The translations under genes and the position numbers were made by a program. Below are positions 13,573 to 27,064 of a stretch of 64,000 bases of DNA, piece after piece; the stretch's first letter is position 1; the number at the start of each line of letters is the position of its first letter. Below the pieces are notes generated by a model that was not told the DNA's origin, searched no databases, and worked only from the letters and a program-made list of their open reading frames with translations. The stretch covers positions 27,406,001-27,470,000 of the forward strand of contig NC_087245.1 of the NCBI RefSeq assembly GCF_037042905.1, in the 5' to 3' direction. Origin of the DNA: Lytechinus pictus. Taxonomy: Eukaryota.

Positions 13573-14226
13573 TCGCTATTACATTTATCATTATTATACC
13601 AACCATAGCCAGGTATAACACTTATTTGACATTCGTCCTTCAGTTTTTCATTACAGTTTCATAGAACTGAAGTATAGGCTTCAAGGCATTGCGGTTCAAA
13701 ACTTGAGAAATACTAAAGACTAATGGCACTTGTTTAAATGAAAAGTCACACAAGAAATCAACACGATCAAGGGGCATTGTCAGTCAAAAAGGAAGTTATT
13801 CCTTTTATTTAATCTCCATTGCGTGATTTCTCTTTCATTTCATTTCATTTTATTTCATTTCCTGTCAATTCACCACCATTCACATTCTTATCGAATCCTC
13901 TCTAATATTTTAGAACAAAGACCAAAAAGACCGTTTTTATATTTTCATTAACACTTGAAATGTGTCCTTCATTGCTCTTTGAGACAATTGTGGTGTCCAT
14001 CATGTCTTAAGAATACTGCCCCTGGCTGATGGGATAGCTTTATATTTCTATAACAATCCCAGGAAAGTTTGCCAGGATCTAAAACTCAAGGACCTCTAAC
14101 ATTAAAAAAAGTATATAATTTCATATTTTATGGTTGTTTTGTTTTACTCTATTTATCAAAACCATGCTGATATTATGTATATTTTCTTTTTAAGTGCAAT
14201 AAAGTACTCTTTCGTACCCTTTGCAG

Positions 14227-14550
14227 TTCAGCAACGAATGACGGTCACAACATTGATTGGTTCCAGTGTAAGACTCTCGTGCGCATGTGCCAAATCCAGG
14301 TCCAACCAAACTTCCGTCAAATCCCCGATCACATGGACATTTACGTCACGATCTGGCGGACCACTCCGCGTCGCCCATTGGAATGGGGTTGACAAGAATG
14401 ACGTATCATATGTATCGACCACGAAATATCACATGGTAACATCTTATTGGTACCAAGGTGACCTTGTAGTCTACTACGCCTCGCTTGCAGATCAAGGGAT
14501 CTATACATGTGAGATCGTGGAACGGTGTACTGTTTCACTTGATATAAATG
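14227..14550 (+). CDS. Ig receptor exon: Ig domain 1 (V-set-like)
   Basis: TTGCAG acceptor and GTAAGA donor, phase 1-1; VRLSC..ITW..DLVV..DQGIYTC pattern. Confidence 0.9.
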
Positions 14551-16068
14551 GTAAGATAACTCAATTCCCAAGTATATCAAAGTAAATTGATAAATTTGCA
14601 TTTCACAAAAATAAAAGTGTATTCAATGTCATTTAACAACTTATTTTTAATAAGCATAACGTTTGCTAGCTTCTTCATTTTCACGTTGTCCATTCTTAAT
14701 GTAGGATACTATACTGAGAAAAGAAAAAAACCCATCATTTTCAAAGGAAAACGAACTGGTATTCGAGAAAAAAAGAATCATGGATGTCTAAATGGTCTTT
14801 CAAACATATGACGAATTTTTCACAGGCATGAGGCATCCAGAGACATCAAGCAATAACAAAACAAAACAAACAAACAACACAAAAAATAATGTGTGTATGT
14901 GCGCGTAAGTATTGTCTGATTAGTGTGAGAGGGTGTTCGAGTGTGTTGTGTGCGCGTGTGTGGATTTATTTATTTATACAATTTATGAATAGATCCGAAA
15001 CTTTTTAACTAAAAATATGTGTCAGGGGTCAAACATAAAAAAACTTTCAGAACAACTGAAGTCTTCAGGTGGAGACAGGGGCCACGGAACGGTTTAAAGG
15101 GGGATTCTAGCCATGCAAAAGCTCACAATCAGGGGGTAATTTTACGCTTTTGTACACGGTTTTGGAAAAAAAAATGGGGGGGGGGGGGCTGAAGCCTCCT
15201 AGACCCCCACCCCCGGTTCCACGGCTCCTGGGAAAAAAGTCCAATGGCCAGTTTTGAGCCCAAAATATCATTTTAAAAGTCTACAAAGATCTTCACTTTG
15301 CAAAACACAAGATACAAAGTTATTAATACTACCCGTTACAAAAATGCAGTTGCGACGAGACGATTTTCCCATCCTTGCTTAGTAACTCGCAAAACAAAAT
15401 AATCTGAAACTTTTTGTAGGTACCAACCTTTTATCATCTTACGTCCACTTGTTAAATACTAATGGCTCAAAGTTTTGAAGATGACTTCCTATCGGATTGG
15501 TCGCTATACGAAATCCTTGCTACCATTAATAAACCAATAGAAATTTCCTTTGATAAATTAGCTGAAGAAGTTGATCAAATAAAAAGAAAATATATCTTCA
15601 TGGGCTTTCGGGTATACTAATGACATCTCGTGACAACTTTATCTTAGTTCGAAACTAATACGGGGTATTTAAAAATGATTAATATTGTGACATCAAAAGG
15701 GATCATCTATCCAGTTTCGTATTAAAAGATATCATGAGCGACTATATTCTTTCCGATATTGATTTTGTTTGCTTCGTGGATTTTGAGCCTCGATCATATT
15801 GATGATAATTAGGGATTATGTCGATAGTTCGTTTTAGGATAATTTGTGTATTTTTGACCACCATTAAAAGGGCGTATGCCAATTAAGTGGCCATAAAATG
15901 GTTCATCAATACGCGAGCCCTTTTATTAATTCCGACGGAAGCTAATTCCAATAAGTTTACCCCAAAAGTGTTTTTTCTCCTCATAAGACTAAGCTTAAAG
16001 GTTTAAGAAATATATCCATATCAAATCTTTAAATCTTACTATTTGTGTCTATGTTTTATTTCCTCCAG

Positions 16069-16404
16069 TGCCCGTTTCAAAGGTCTTGATAACTTTTAAC
16101 AGAGGGCAATTCCTTAAAGATGGTGATGTCGTGACAATTGAGGAACACAACCTCGCTTTTGTCAAGTGTTACTCGTTTGGCGCCAAACCAGCTGCAAACA
16201 TCACGTGGTCATTCTCTCGTCGACCAATCACATTCGAGGTTTCGCGTGTTTCGTTCAGCAGTCACACATACAGAGGTCGTTTTGATTCTATCAGTACACT
16301 GAAAATAAGGCGGATTTCTGTGCTTGGGTATCTACGCTTGACATGTTGTGGTCGTGGGACTGGTTCCTCAATGGCCAACTCTTCGGTCATCCTTCGTACT
16401 GTAG
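16069..16404 (+). CDS. Ig receptor exon: Ig domain 2 (C2-set, CD80/nectin-like)
   Basis: TCCTCCAG acceptor and GTGAAT donor, phase 1-1; VKCYSFGAKPAANITWS..FDSISTLKI..LTC. Confidence 0.9.
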
Positions 16405-16636
16405 GTGAATTCAGTGATGTTTGTTTATTCTTAACTTACACATACTAGACAAAACATTATTTCAATCCCTTTGATATAGTTTTAAAATACATTATAGTAT
16501 AAGGAATGCAAAGCAGGAGATGAAAGGATGGCAATGAAGAGGGAATGTGAAGCATGAGATTAGAATGTAAAGCACGAGATGAAGAAAGGAGTCAATGTAG
16601 AAGTGGTGAGATCAAAGGAAAGGTAACATCAAAGGA

Positions 16637-18335
16637 AATTCAATTCAATTCAATTCAGCATTTATTTCCAATTCATTAAAAATACAATGTACAAACAAAG
16701 AGACAATAACAATTAAAACATATCATTGAAACATAAATATATACAGACGAAAGTGATAAAGTATTATTGCCAAATCATTGAAACAATATAAAAACAAGAC
16801 GAGAGATAAATAAATGGGAAACAGGAGTGTACTAAAAAGCCATGAGAAGGCTTGTTAAAACGCACACACCCAAAATAAATAAATTCTTAAAATAATTGTA
16901 ATATATGGATGCGGCAAGTAGCAAAAGAACAAAACAAATAAAACAAAAACAGAAACATAAAAAACAAACATAAGGCAAAACTAATGGAAATTATAGTACG
17001 ATGAGGATCTTAGTAAATTTGGATCAGTTTATTTTTATATTGCTTTTTAAAATATTATGAAAAGTAATATTAAATTGTTCAAGATTCAGACTATTCCATA
17101 TTGTGGGACCAGTGTGACGCAGTGAAAATTTAGATAAGTCATTCTTGTAATTCCATCTGTGAAGTTTTCTTGAAGACCTTGTATAGTGATTATGTATATT
17201 ACAATTGAAAGAAAACATATTCATTAATTGAGGAGAAAGGGTTCCAGTATGATACCGCTGCATTAAAGAAGCAATCTGTAGTTTATTAATATCTTGTAAT
17301 TTAAGGGTTCTTAACGACTTAAATAGTTTCGAAGTAGGTGCTCTATAATCTGATCCCATGCAAATACGTATAGCTTTTTTCTGTAATAAAAACAGTTTGT
17401 GTAGATGGCAAGAATATGTATTTCCCCATATTGAGTTACAATAGGTCAAATGTGATAAAATGAAAGCGTTATAAAGAGTAAATAAAATGTGTTTTGGCAA
17501 GTCATATTTGAGTCGATTTAGAACTCCAATAAAACGAGAAACCTTATTACAAATAAAATTAATGTGAACATCCCAACAGAGTGTGTTACTCAATATAACA
17601 CCTAGAAATTGCACAGAGTCATATAATTGAAGACGGGTTCCGTCTACTTTTAAAACAATGTTGGAAGTATTATATTGCACACCCCTCTTTCTAAAAATCA
17701 CACACTGCGTTTTACTTTTATTTAATGAAAGCTTATTGCATTTGAACCAAGAAGATATTCGGGCAAGATTTCTATTCAGAATTTCAGTTAAGATATCAAT
17801 ATTTTCATGAGAGGCAAGAAGAACAGACGTGTCATCTGCATATAATATAAAATGAGAGTCATGGCAAGAATTAACAATATCATTTATGTATAATAAGAAT
17901 AATAAGGGTCCTAGAATGGATCCTTGGGGCACACCCGTATTTACATTTCTAAAAGATGATTTAGTTGTATTATATACAGTAAATTGTTCTCTATTCAATA
18001 AATACGACCTAAACCAATTAAAAGGTACACCTCTTATACCATAGTATTTCAGTTTGTCCAATAGAATATCATGTGAGAGGGAGTCAAACGCCTTTGACAA
18101 GTCCATGAAAATACCAATAACCTTTTTATCTTTATTTAATTCACTAATTATTCTGTCTTGTATTTCGATAACTGCCATATCTGTTGAAAAATTCTTGCGA
18201 AATCCATATTGACTTTCATATAAAATATTATGTTTAAGTAAAAAATTATATAATCTGTTAAAAACCAATTTCTCTAATATTTTTGAAATACAAGGTAGAA
18301 CCGATATTGGGCGATAATTAGTAAAGCACTTTGAA
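16637..18335 (-). mobile_element. 5'-truncated L2/CR1-group LINE (Crack/Daphne-like) with uninterrupted RT-domain ORF 17024-18340
   Basis: NYRPISVLP, DLSKAFD, GVPQGSILGPLLF and YADD motifs; 3' UTR ending AATAAA plus (TTGAA)n tail on the minus strand at 16637-16667. Confidence 0.95.
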
Positions 18336-18710
18336 ATCAAATAGAATCATTCAATACTTTGTGTTCAAAATAAACTCCGACAGTGACACGACATTTGCTT
18401 CGACGACGGGTTTTATTTTCTCTAAAATATATGGTTAGTTAGGGTTGCAATAGGGTTTCATGTAAGGTTTAGGATAAGGTGTAGTGTTAAATCCAGGGTT
18501 GAAGTTGATCAATCAATTCATGTGTGAAATTTGCATTGGAGCAACTGTAGCCGGAGCAAAGGTGACGGAACCGAAATAATTAACCGTTGTACTAGCAAGA
18601 GAACAAACATCCCTCCTATATGTTCATAAGAATATATAAGCACTCTATTTTACGGAGTGATGTCTTAAATCATACATATATTTGTGTTTTCATCAACTCT
18701 GATCGAATAG

Positions 18711-19007
18711 CTCCTCTTACCCCTCCAACGATCACTGGAGGTACAAACATTACCCTCGCTACCATCCGTCGATCCGTCATCTTAACCTGCTCCACCATAA
18801 ACTCCTACCCTGTGGCCGTCATCCGATGGTATGTTGGAGGGATGGAGCATCCTGGTACCAGTCATCATCGGGAGAGACATGGGCGTTTCGATGTGACGAG
18901 TTACCTTGAGCTGGTAGTAGATGGAGAGGACGATGGCCTTGGGATTATCTGCAAAGTATCGTCGCCATTGAAGACTGTCGAGAAGGCAGTTAAATTGACT
19001 GTTTTTG
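18711..19007 (+). CDS. Ig receptor exon: Ig domain 3 (C2-set)
   Basis: ATAG acceptor and GTATGT donor, phase 1-1; LTCSTINSYPVAVIRWY..FDVTSYLEL..DDGLGIICKV. Confidence 0.9.
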
Positions 19008-19599
19008 GTATGTTAATCATCATATCTTTATCTCATGCAGACCTACCGTAATGCAAAAAGACCATTTAAAGTAGTTTATGACGTTTTTTCTCATTACCAT
19101 ATTTTTTTGGTAGAAATGTGTATGCAATTACATGTACGTGTTCGGTTCTATTATCAAGATTGTGGTTAAACCTTTCTCCAATCTTCCCCAAGGTATGGCA
19201 TGAGATATGTTTCATGCGACTAGAATGATGACACGAGTTCATTACCAATTATAATGAATAAAGATTATCGCGTTTGTTCAATCGAAATTATATTGTTTCC
19301 AGTACGATTTATTTTTTCATCTGGAAATTGTAATTAAAAATCTATCTAAAGCTATTTGAGAGTATGAACGGCCGAGTCGTATCAAACACGTTTTAAGTTG
19401 GAACCTTCTGCCTACTAGCATGGCGCTCAGCATTTGGAAGGGCCTATGAGGGGAAATTGTAATATGTTATGATAAAATTATGCAGGACCCGCTGCAGCGC
19501 GCAGGTAGAGATGCTTTGTAACTGAAGTGGCTGCTCTTGGCAAATAAAACGTTATTATGATTATTATCATATCACTATCATTATCACAACTAACTGCAG

Positions 19600-19872
19600 C
19601 CCCTCCCCTGAGCCTGACTGTCAATTGGACGGAGAGCCCTGTGACAGAAGGCGAATCGCTGACGGTTCTCTGTACTGCACACGGCGCCAATCCAGCGCCA
19701 CATGTCTACTGGGAAAGGCCAACACACAGAATCAAGGACACCCTTCAGCAAAATGAGAGTTTGCTCCACCTATCTCACGCGACCAGAAAAGACGCGGGCC
19801 GCTACAGTTGCCTTGCTGAAAACCAGATCTCCTCTGCTCCTTCCATTAGCAGTTTTACACTTCTCATATTCT
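19600..19872 (+). CDS. Ig receptor exon: Ig domain 4 (I-set)
   Basis: CTGCAG acceptor and GTAAGG donor, phase 1-1; EGESLTVLCTAHGANPAPHVYW..DAGRYSCLAEN. Confidence 0.92.
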
Positions 19873-20178
19873 GTAAGGACAAAAGTAAAAATTACAAATA
19901 CTGTATTCCTGTGAAAATGAGGCCTACATCAATAGGCCTACTCTTGTTAACCCTTTAGAACTTACCGGATTAGGGTAGAATACCAATACCGTTATGAATA
20001 CTTGCATATAGTACATGTATAATGTGAAGGACGATACACAGTCATGACTGTTGAAGTAATTGAATCCTACTTCAGTTTTCCCGGAAATCTTGAAACCTTT
20101 TGTAAAACTGATGAAGAAATGAGTGATAACCAACAGACAGGTAATTTTCATGGACTCATTCATAAGTGTAATTTTTAA

Positions 20179-20772
20179 AGGGATGGTCCAGGCTGGAAAT
20201 ATTTATATCTCAATAAAGAGAGTAAAATTCATAGAGCAAAATGCTGAAAATTTGATCAAAATCGGATAACAAATAAAGTTATTGAATTTTAAAGATTTGT
20301 ATTATTCTGGTGAAACAGTTCTAGGCATGTCTTTATGAATATTCATTATGTGGGCTGATGATGTCATATCCCCACTTGTTCTTTTGTATTTTATTATATG
20401 AAATTAGGTTTATTCAAAATTGTTCTACCAAAAACTAAAACAATTGGATTGACAATTGATTTAGTGCATTAGTTATTCATTGCCCCAACTTATTTCATTA
20501 TGATGGAGACACATCATTTACACATGTATGAAAAAATGAAACATTTATGATTTCATGTAATACCATAAGAAAAAGGAAAGTGGAGATGTGACATCATCAG
20601 CCCACCTAATGAATATTCATTACGATGAGCATATAACTGTTTTCATAACATATTGATAAACTTTAAAATTCAATAACTTCGTTATTTGTTATCCGATTTT
20701 GATGACATTTTCAGCATTTTACTCTATTTATTTAGATATATATATATATATATTAAAGCCTGTACCATCCCT
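20179..20772. mobile_element. Kolobok-type MITE
   Basis: TTAA|AGGGATGGT ... ACCATCCCT|TTAA with long imperfect TIRs; same family at 40508-41085. Confidence 0.85.
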
Positions 20773-20810
20773 TTAAGAATAGATGTAAGTGCCACTTGCA
20801 AACTCATTAA

Positions 20811-21399
20811 AGGAAAATTAAACCTTTGAACCAAGATAGCTTGTGTGAAAACAGAAAAATCAAACAAATAGATCAACGATAGTTTGAGAAAATGGAATAA
20901 ATAATAAGAAAGTTATGAGAATTTGAAGTTTAGATCATTATCATAATGTAGATCCTCCAATTGGCAATTCAACAAGATGTGTGATGTCACATGCGAGCAA
21001 CTTTCCCATTACTTTTCTACATATTTCACTTAAACTGCCTGTTTTATCACATCTATTATCGTAGATCATGTATTCTTTCTATAGGAGGGCATGTAATACA
21101 GATTTGAAAAAAAAATACATTGTGGATAAAGAATTTTTATCACCATAAGAAAGAGCAAAATAAAGAAAAGAAGAAAAGAAGACATTATGGGGGTATTTTA
21201 TAGTCCATCACAGGGAAAGTTGCTCACATGTGACGTCATACATCTTTGTCGCATTGCCATGAGAAGGATATCCATAGCATTAGTTATCGCAATATTGAAA
21301 TGCTCATAACTTTCTCATTATTTGTCCGATTTTTATCAAATTTTCTTTGATTTGTCTCTTTCCACACAAGCCCACTTCTTCCAAAGGTTTAATTCCCCT
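20811..21399. mobile_element. Kolobok-type MITE (second family)
   Basis: TTAA|AGGAAAATTAAACCTTTG ... CAAAGGTTTAATTCCCCT|TTAA. Confidence 0.8.
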
Positions 21400-21784
21400 T
21401 TAAGTTTAAGAGATGACGCGGGAGGCTTTGCACGAGATCGACGTTTTTGGTATTGTTGGTCGAACTGCCCATTGACTGCTTAATCATATTTTTTATTAAT
21501 TGTTTTATTTCGTTTCTCTTTCCCTTCATTTCTTACATGAATTCTAAGTTGTAAGAATTTCAGATCTAGATTAGATTAGACATATTGTTCTTTTCTAATC
21601 TGATGATCCAAAAAGAAACTCTTTCATTTCATATCAGACTGTAAAGCGGAATACATTTTTTTCCAATGACATGGAAACTGTTATTATCTCAATGTACCTG
21701 ATAATAATGATGATTTCGGATAAGAATATCACATGACATAAAATAATCTACCGGCAATTTAATCGATTTTTTTTTCTATTCCAG

Positions 21785-22072
21785 ATGAACCAGTGATTTT
21801 AACTAAACTGCGAACCGTGATTATTCCCCAACAGAGGAGATCTGTCAACATAACGTGTGTTGCAGAGGCAATTCCACCCCCTGTGATCAAATGGACTAGT
21901 CAATATTACGTCACCAATCTCTCTCGACCAATAACATTGATTTCTGGGACTGTGATAATAGGTATCCTAGAGATACCTGGAAATCGAGGCGATCTGCCTT
22001 TCACATTCCACGTCATGTGTTCAGCAAGTAATATTGTTGGAAGAACGTCATGGACAACAGAAATAAGATATG
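21785..22072 (+). CDS. Ig receptor exon: Ig domain 5
   Basis: TTCCAG acceptor and GTAAAT donor, phase 1-1; VNITCVAEAIPPPVIKW..VMCSASNIVG. Confidence 0.88.
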
Positions 22073-23033
22073 GTAAATTCAAACAAATTCTGAATCAAGA
22101 ACTCATTATGTTGATATCAATGGGGGAAAAACTATTGATGATATTGTGAGCGGGAACGATTTTTTTCAATTCGATGACGGGGAGATAATATACCTGTTAG
22201 CGCTTAAACACTACAATGTATGTCTTTAGCGCCTTATGAATAAACATATTGTTATTATTATTATTATTATCATTATTATTAATATTATCACTATTATCGT
22301 TATCATCATCATCATCAACATCATTATTATTATTATAAAAATGTAATTTGCTTAATCGTTTAGGATGAAAGCAACATACGAAGTTGTAAAAAACACAGAT
22401 TGCGGATTAACAGTAGAATTCGAAAGGAGAGAGCAAATAGGCAGGAAGCGTCATAGCGAGATAGTGGTAGGGAGGGAATAAAGGATTGCAAAAGGAAAAA
22501 TAAACATGTCAACATGGCCAAGATAGAACTAATAACTCCAATAATGGATGAGTCCTAAAACAAAAAGTATGTTAACAAAGAAATCCTTTAGCCGTAATAT
22601 AATTCGAGTCAAAATGTTTATCCCACCACTCTCACTCTTCCTAAAGTTGGAATTGTGCCTTGTGCCTCACATTGTAACTTTTAGATTTCCTTTATTATGA
22701 AGAAATCGTGTTCATTTTCTGTCCCACCTCCTCCCATTCATTTATTTTAGAATACTAGATCTATATCTGTGCATAGGTTCACGCGAAAATCATCGACTCC
22801 GTTCTTTCGGTAGTGAGTGGATTTTTAGTGAAATTATGATATTTTATCCTCGCTGATAATTTTGAACTGACATAGTGTCGCTTTTGGTAACATAACATTT
22901 CTTGCTAGTTCTGTGAACGTTTTAGGATGTAAGGGGAAAGCAGTCGACATGTAAACTCGTATAACGTTCAAACGCCATTTTGACGTAGGCCTATTTAAAC
23001 ATATAAAATTATCCTTTCCTTGATTAAATCTAG

Positions 23034-23111
23034 AGCAAGTTTCAGATGACGATGGAGAAATCTCCAGTGTGCCTACCGCTTCGACAGAGGACCTACCTAC
23101 ACTTTGTGGAG
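23034..23111 (+). CDS. Ig receptor exon: acidic Ser/Thr-rich stalk (tentative)
   Basis: Phase 1-1 open exon EQVSDDDGEISSVPTASTEDLPTLCG; alternative in-frame acceptor at 23045; weak GTGATA donor. Confidence 0.5.
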
Positions 23112-23722
23112 GTGATATTCTTATCATATTTCCCGCAGGAATATCAGTAAACTTTTGGTTAACAAATTCGAAGTCTGAATTCCTTGTCAGATAAAATGAA
23201 TGATTATAATTTGAAAAGAAATATGCCACCTTAGATCATTATGGGTAAGTGTGAAAATAAAATGTTTGAAATTGAATTAAAAGGCATATTAGCTCCTGAC
23301 AATTGACCCCTTCTCCCCCTAACACAAACACACCCCCACCCTCACACCCGCACCCATGCACATACACACACTGAAAACCCTCTCAACAAACCCACATTAC
23401 ACACACTTTATAATTATCCTTGGGCAAACTCATTATTTTGCTATACAACCGTAGATTTGAATACACCGATGTTAGATTTCAATGTTAGAATACTAAATCA
23501 AATAGAAGCCATGCTCTTTGATAGTTCGTATTTTACAATTTTACCTATATTACACAGAGGTTTAAGGGATAGAAAAGTTCCCACAATGCAAGTAATTTAC
23601 TCGCTTCATCATTTAAGTCTTGTCCTTCCAAAATATTTGTAAATGACCTACAGTACGTATATGTAACGTAATTGTTTTGCAAATTAGTTTTTGATTATAA
23701 TTCATTCTTTTTTCTGAACTAG

Positions 23723-23857
23723 GTCATCCAGATGATAGTAAAAAAGTACCCATAGAGCGCCCTCTACTGATTGCCACGATATCAGCCTGTTTCCTCTTCC
23801 TGCTTGTTGCTGTCTTATGGTACACAAGAAGGCGATTAAAAATGGACGAATTTTGGC
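23723..23857 (+). CDS. Ig receptor exon: transmembrane helix
   Basis: Phase 1-1 exon GHPDDSKKVPIERP-LLIATISACFLFLLVAVLWY-TRRRLKMDEFW; GTGAGT donor; 20 hydrophobic residues followed by a basic stop-transfer segment. Confidence 0.88.
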
Positions 23858-24717
23858 GTGAGTGAAAGGGAAACGGAGCAGACAAATATCTAGCCTAGAT
23901 TCGTACCTGAATGACTCCACTTTCTTGATATATTTACGATAGGGTAGAATGTATTTTCTCAGGCGAATCGCAACATGATATTTTGAGAGTCTGGGTAGTG
24001 TGAAATCATGAATAAGATAGATGATTGTCTCTCTACCTCCATTCGTTTTTAAGGATTCCCTCTTTTCTTTCATTCATTCTTAATCCCTCTTCTATCGCTT
24101 TTTCGGTTATCAGTTTTTCTTCTTCCTTTCTTCTTCATCATCCTAATCCATTTCAATTCAACAGTGGGGGATCATTATAAAGCACATAATGGCTTATTAA
24201 AATGACCCCTTACGGTATTATAAGTAAACATACAAAGATAAAAAACCCAAACGATTACAATTTATAATGCAAAAATAAAGCATGGCAAGAACAAAAGAAA
24301 GAAGGAAAGAGGAAACATACGGTACGTTAATTAAATCTGCATCAATCAATAAAGTAATCAGGTTTCGTTTACACAAACGTGTGAATTGTCTTAAAGTATT
24401 ACTATCCTAAAAGGAAATGGAAGGGTGTTACATTTTTCTTACCCTACTCAATCGAGCAGAATTAATTAAGTTTTTGGCCTGTAATATTATCATAAATAAT
24501 AATAATTGCGATAATGTGATTCATAAAACGCCGAATCCACTCTCTATAGTACTTTCGGCGCATGGAGAATCAGGAAGAGAAAAAAGCTTCGAAAAGAATT
24601 TTCGAATATCAAACCGAGATGGCAAATCAATTACCACTCTCAACTATATTTGAGTTTGCAACAACTTAATTTATTCAGCTATTATGGTATTTCTTTTCTT
24701 TTTTCTGACCCATGCAG

Positions 24718-24774
24718 TTGTTCGAAGAGACGGTTTCTACGTTGATATGACAAGACGACGTGCTGGGGTACCAG
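24718..24774 (+). CDS. Ig receptor cytoplasmic exon (YVDM)
   Basis: Strong polypyrimidine tract plus CAG, GTAGGG donor, phase 1-1; LVRRDGFYVDMTRRRAGVP. Confidence 0.75.
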
Positions 24775-25533
24775 GTAGGGAACATTTTAACTCCACAATA
24801 AATTATCTGACGACCAGGGGCGGTGTGAGGATATTTTGATAGGGGCGGCAATCATGACATGACAAGAAGGATAACAAAGAACTAACGAACAAATAGAATT
24901 AGATCATCGAGATGTATCATTATTAAAAGTGGAATATAAATCGAATATACCATAAGCCGGCTGCATTAAAGAAAAACTCTGGACACTTTTTTGCCAGAGT
25001 TTTTTATGGCAAATATTTTTGCAACAAACCCCATATGTTTATTTTGAACGTAGGGAGATAATTCATCCTAGGTCCGACTGACCATTACTATTTCGCTAGC
25101 CCAAGCTCGGAATAATAATTCCCGCTATATATTTCCTCAAAGCCTGGTATATTTGTGCAATATTTTTCGACTTGAATTAGTTCTTGTATATTTTTATATA
25201 TAGAAAATGCAATTAAATATGAAAAATGGTAAATCCCACAAGTAGAATGAGTCTTCTGAATAATTTTCTACATAATAATGATTTGCCTGTCAGAAAGCTA
25301 AACTGTTTAAAGTTTAGTTCAATCAGCGCATTACTTTAACAGCTCCAAATAATTGAAACGGATATCTTTCATACCCCCTCCCCAAAGCACAATAAGATAA
25401 ATATTAAAGAAACAAAAATACATCTTGAAATTAATGACTGCTCAAATTTTCGTTCCCTAGCTTTTTGGTATAGTATAGGCTTGCAAAAGCAGTGGAGAGA
25501 CCATGCACCAGTCGTTACATAGTGTTACTACAT

Positions 25534-25984
25534 TGGTCAGATGCATAAAAAGTAGCAATTTGCTGGCAAGCAATTGCTTTAAAGCCTTTATTTCATATGC
25601 CCTTTGCTAGTGCTTGAACCCTTTTCTTTCCTTCAAAAAGCAATTGCTAGCGGTGAATAGCGACGTCACGCTGGCGCGAACACGACTCACAGAAAAGGCG
25701 GGACTCGAACGCAAAGGTGTGGTGGCAGTACATATTACTGCTTCTTTCATAATATAACATCTTTTCCTGAGACGTGATCAAACTAACTTGTTTCTTTTTG
25801 ATAAATTCATATACTTGACATTTGATTTGTACTTATGAGGATGAAAATATACGTGTAGGCTACGATACCCCTTGCCGCAACTTACTAGCAAAAGCATTTG
25901 CTCGCTTTATGCATACGGAATTAAGCAAAAGCCAAGCAAAAGCCTATAGAAAAAGCAATTGCTACTTTTTTATGCATCTGACCC
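25534..25984. mobile_element. MITE (Harbinger-like)
   Basis: TIRs GGTCAGATGCATAAAAAGTAGCAATT / AATTGCTACTTTTTTATGCATCTGACC. Confidence 0.75.
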
Positions 25985-26525
25985 AATACATTCGGTTGTT
26001 ATTTTAACACTCTTCGGTGTAATGTTCTTACTCTGTGGGTAATGAATTTAACACTTATGGTGTTATCCTCTAGGGACACCAACTGGTGCCAGTTTTTGAC
26101 ACCGTAGTTTTGACACAGAGCGCTTGTGTCCAAGTTCTCATTTACATCATTTGCTGCTCTTTGATACACTCTAAAAACACTGAGTAAAATTTCACCCAAT
26201 TTTGGGTAGAAAGGGAACGTGCATGTTTGCTGGGTATTTTTTTTACCTTATATTGGACTAAATGCATGTTTTAAGCAATTTAGCGTAAAATTTACAAAAT
26301 ATTTGGTATCTTTTTACCCAACCAATATGCATGTTCCCATTTTACCCAATAATAGGTAAACCCTTTCTCGAGTGTACACCATGAAATACGTCGTCATCAT
26401 GGTCATTATAAAACATTTCCACATTTAATTTCATTTAATTTCTTTTCATTTATTTCCATTTCCAACATTTACAATATGTTTTCTTCCATAAATTTTGATA
26501 TATGTTTATATAACAAATAAAACAA

Positions 26526-26565
<40 letters not shown>

Positions 26566-27064
26566 TTACAATCAAGATAATCACATCAAATAAACATCTG
26601 TCAACATTAACAGCCACATGAACCTTTCCTATCCGAATGACACCTAGAATATACCCCCCATCCGCCCCTTGTGCGTCGAATAAACATGATAAAGGAGCAT
26701 TTAATCAGTCGGGGATGTTTCTAGAGCAAGAAAACGTCACCTCAAAGGGAGCTCCACTTAGAAGCTATATCTAGCAATCAAAACATGATAATGACGTCTA
26801 CTTCGCGGAAATACTGAAAGCATGATCCCATGTCCACAATATAACAATTTATATAATTAATCAACGGATCGGGCAGAGAGCCAGTGACAAGCGGAAATGC
26901 AGAGGAGGAAATGTGGGGGGTGGGGAACTAGTAGATTTTATTTTCATGATTCTATTTCGAAGAAACCCATAAAGTGTTACATAATTTCACATGAAAATGA
27001 TTGACTGGGAAGGTGGGAGAGTAGATAAACAGACATTTGACGTACTAGAAGCGAATAGATATCA

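Noticed and set aside
13358..13664. Poly-Ile/Thr/Val ORFs resembling TM or mucin segments
   Set aside because: Pure (ATT)n(ACT)n microsatellite.
22777..22890. Hydrophobic stretch considered as the TM exon
   Set aside because: Stops in all frames, and a clean TM exon exists at 23723-23857. A short phase-1 exon at 22777-22812 cannot be excluded but is unsupported.
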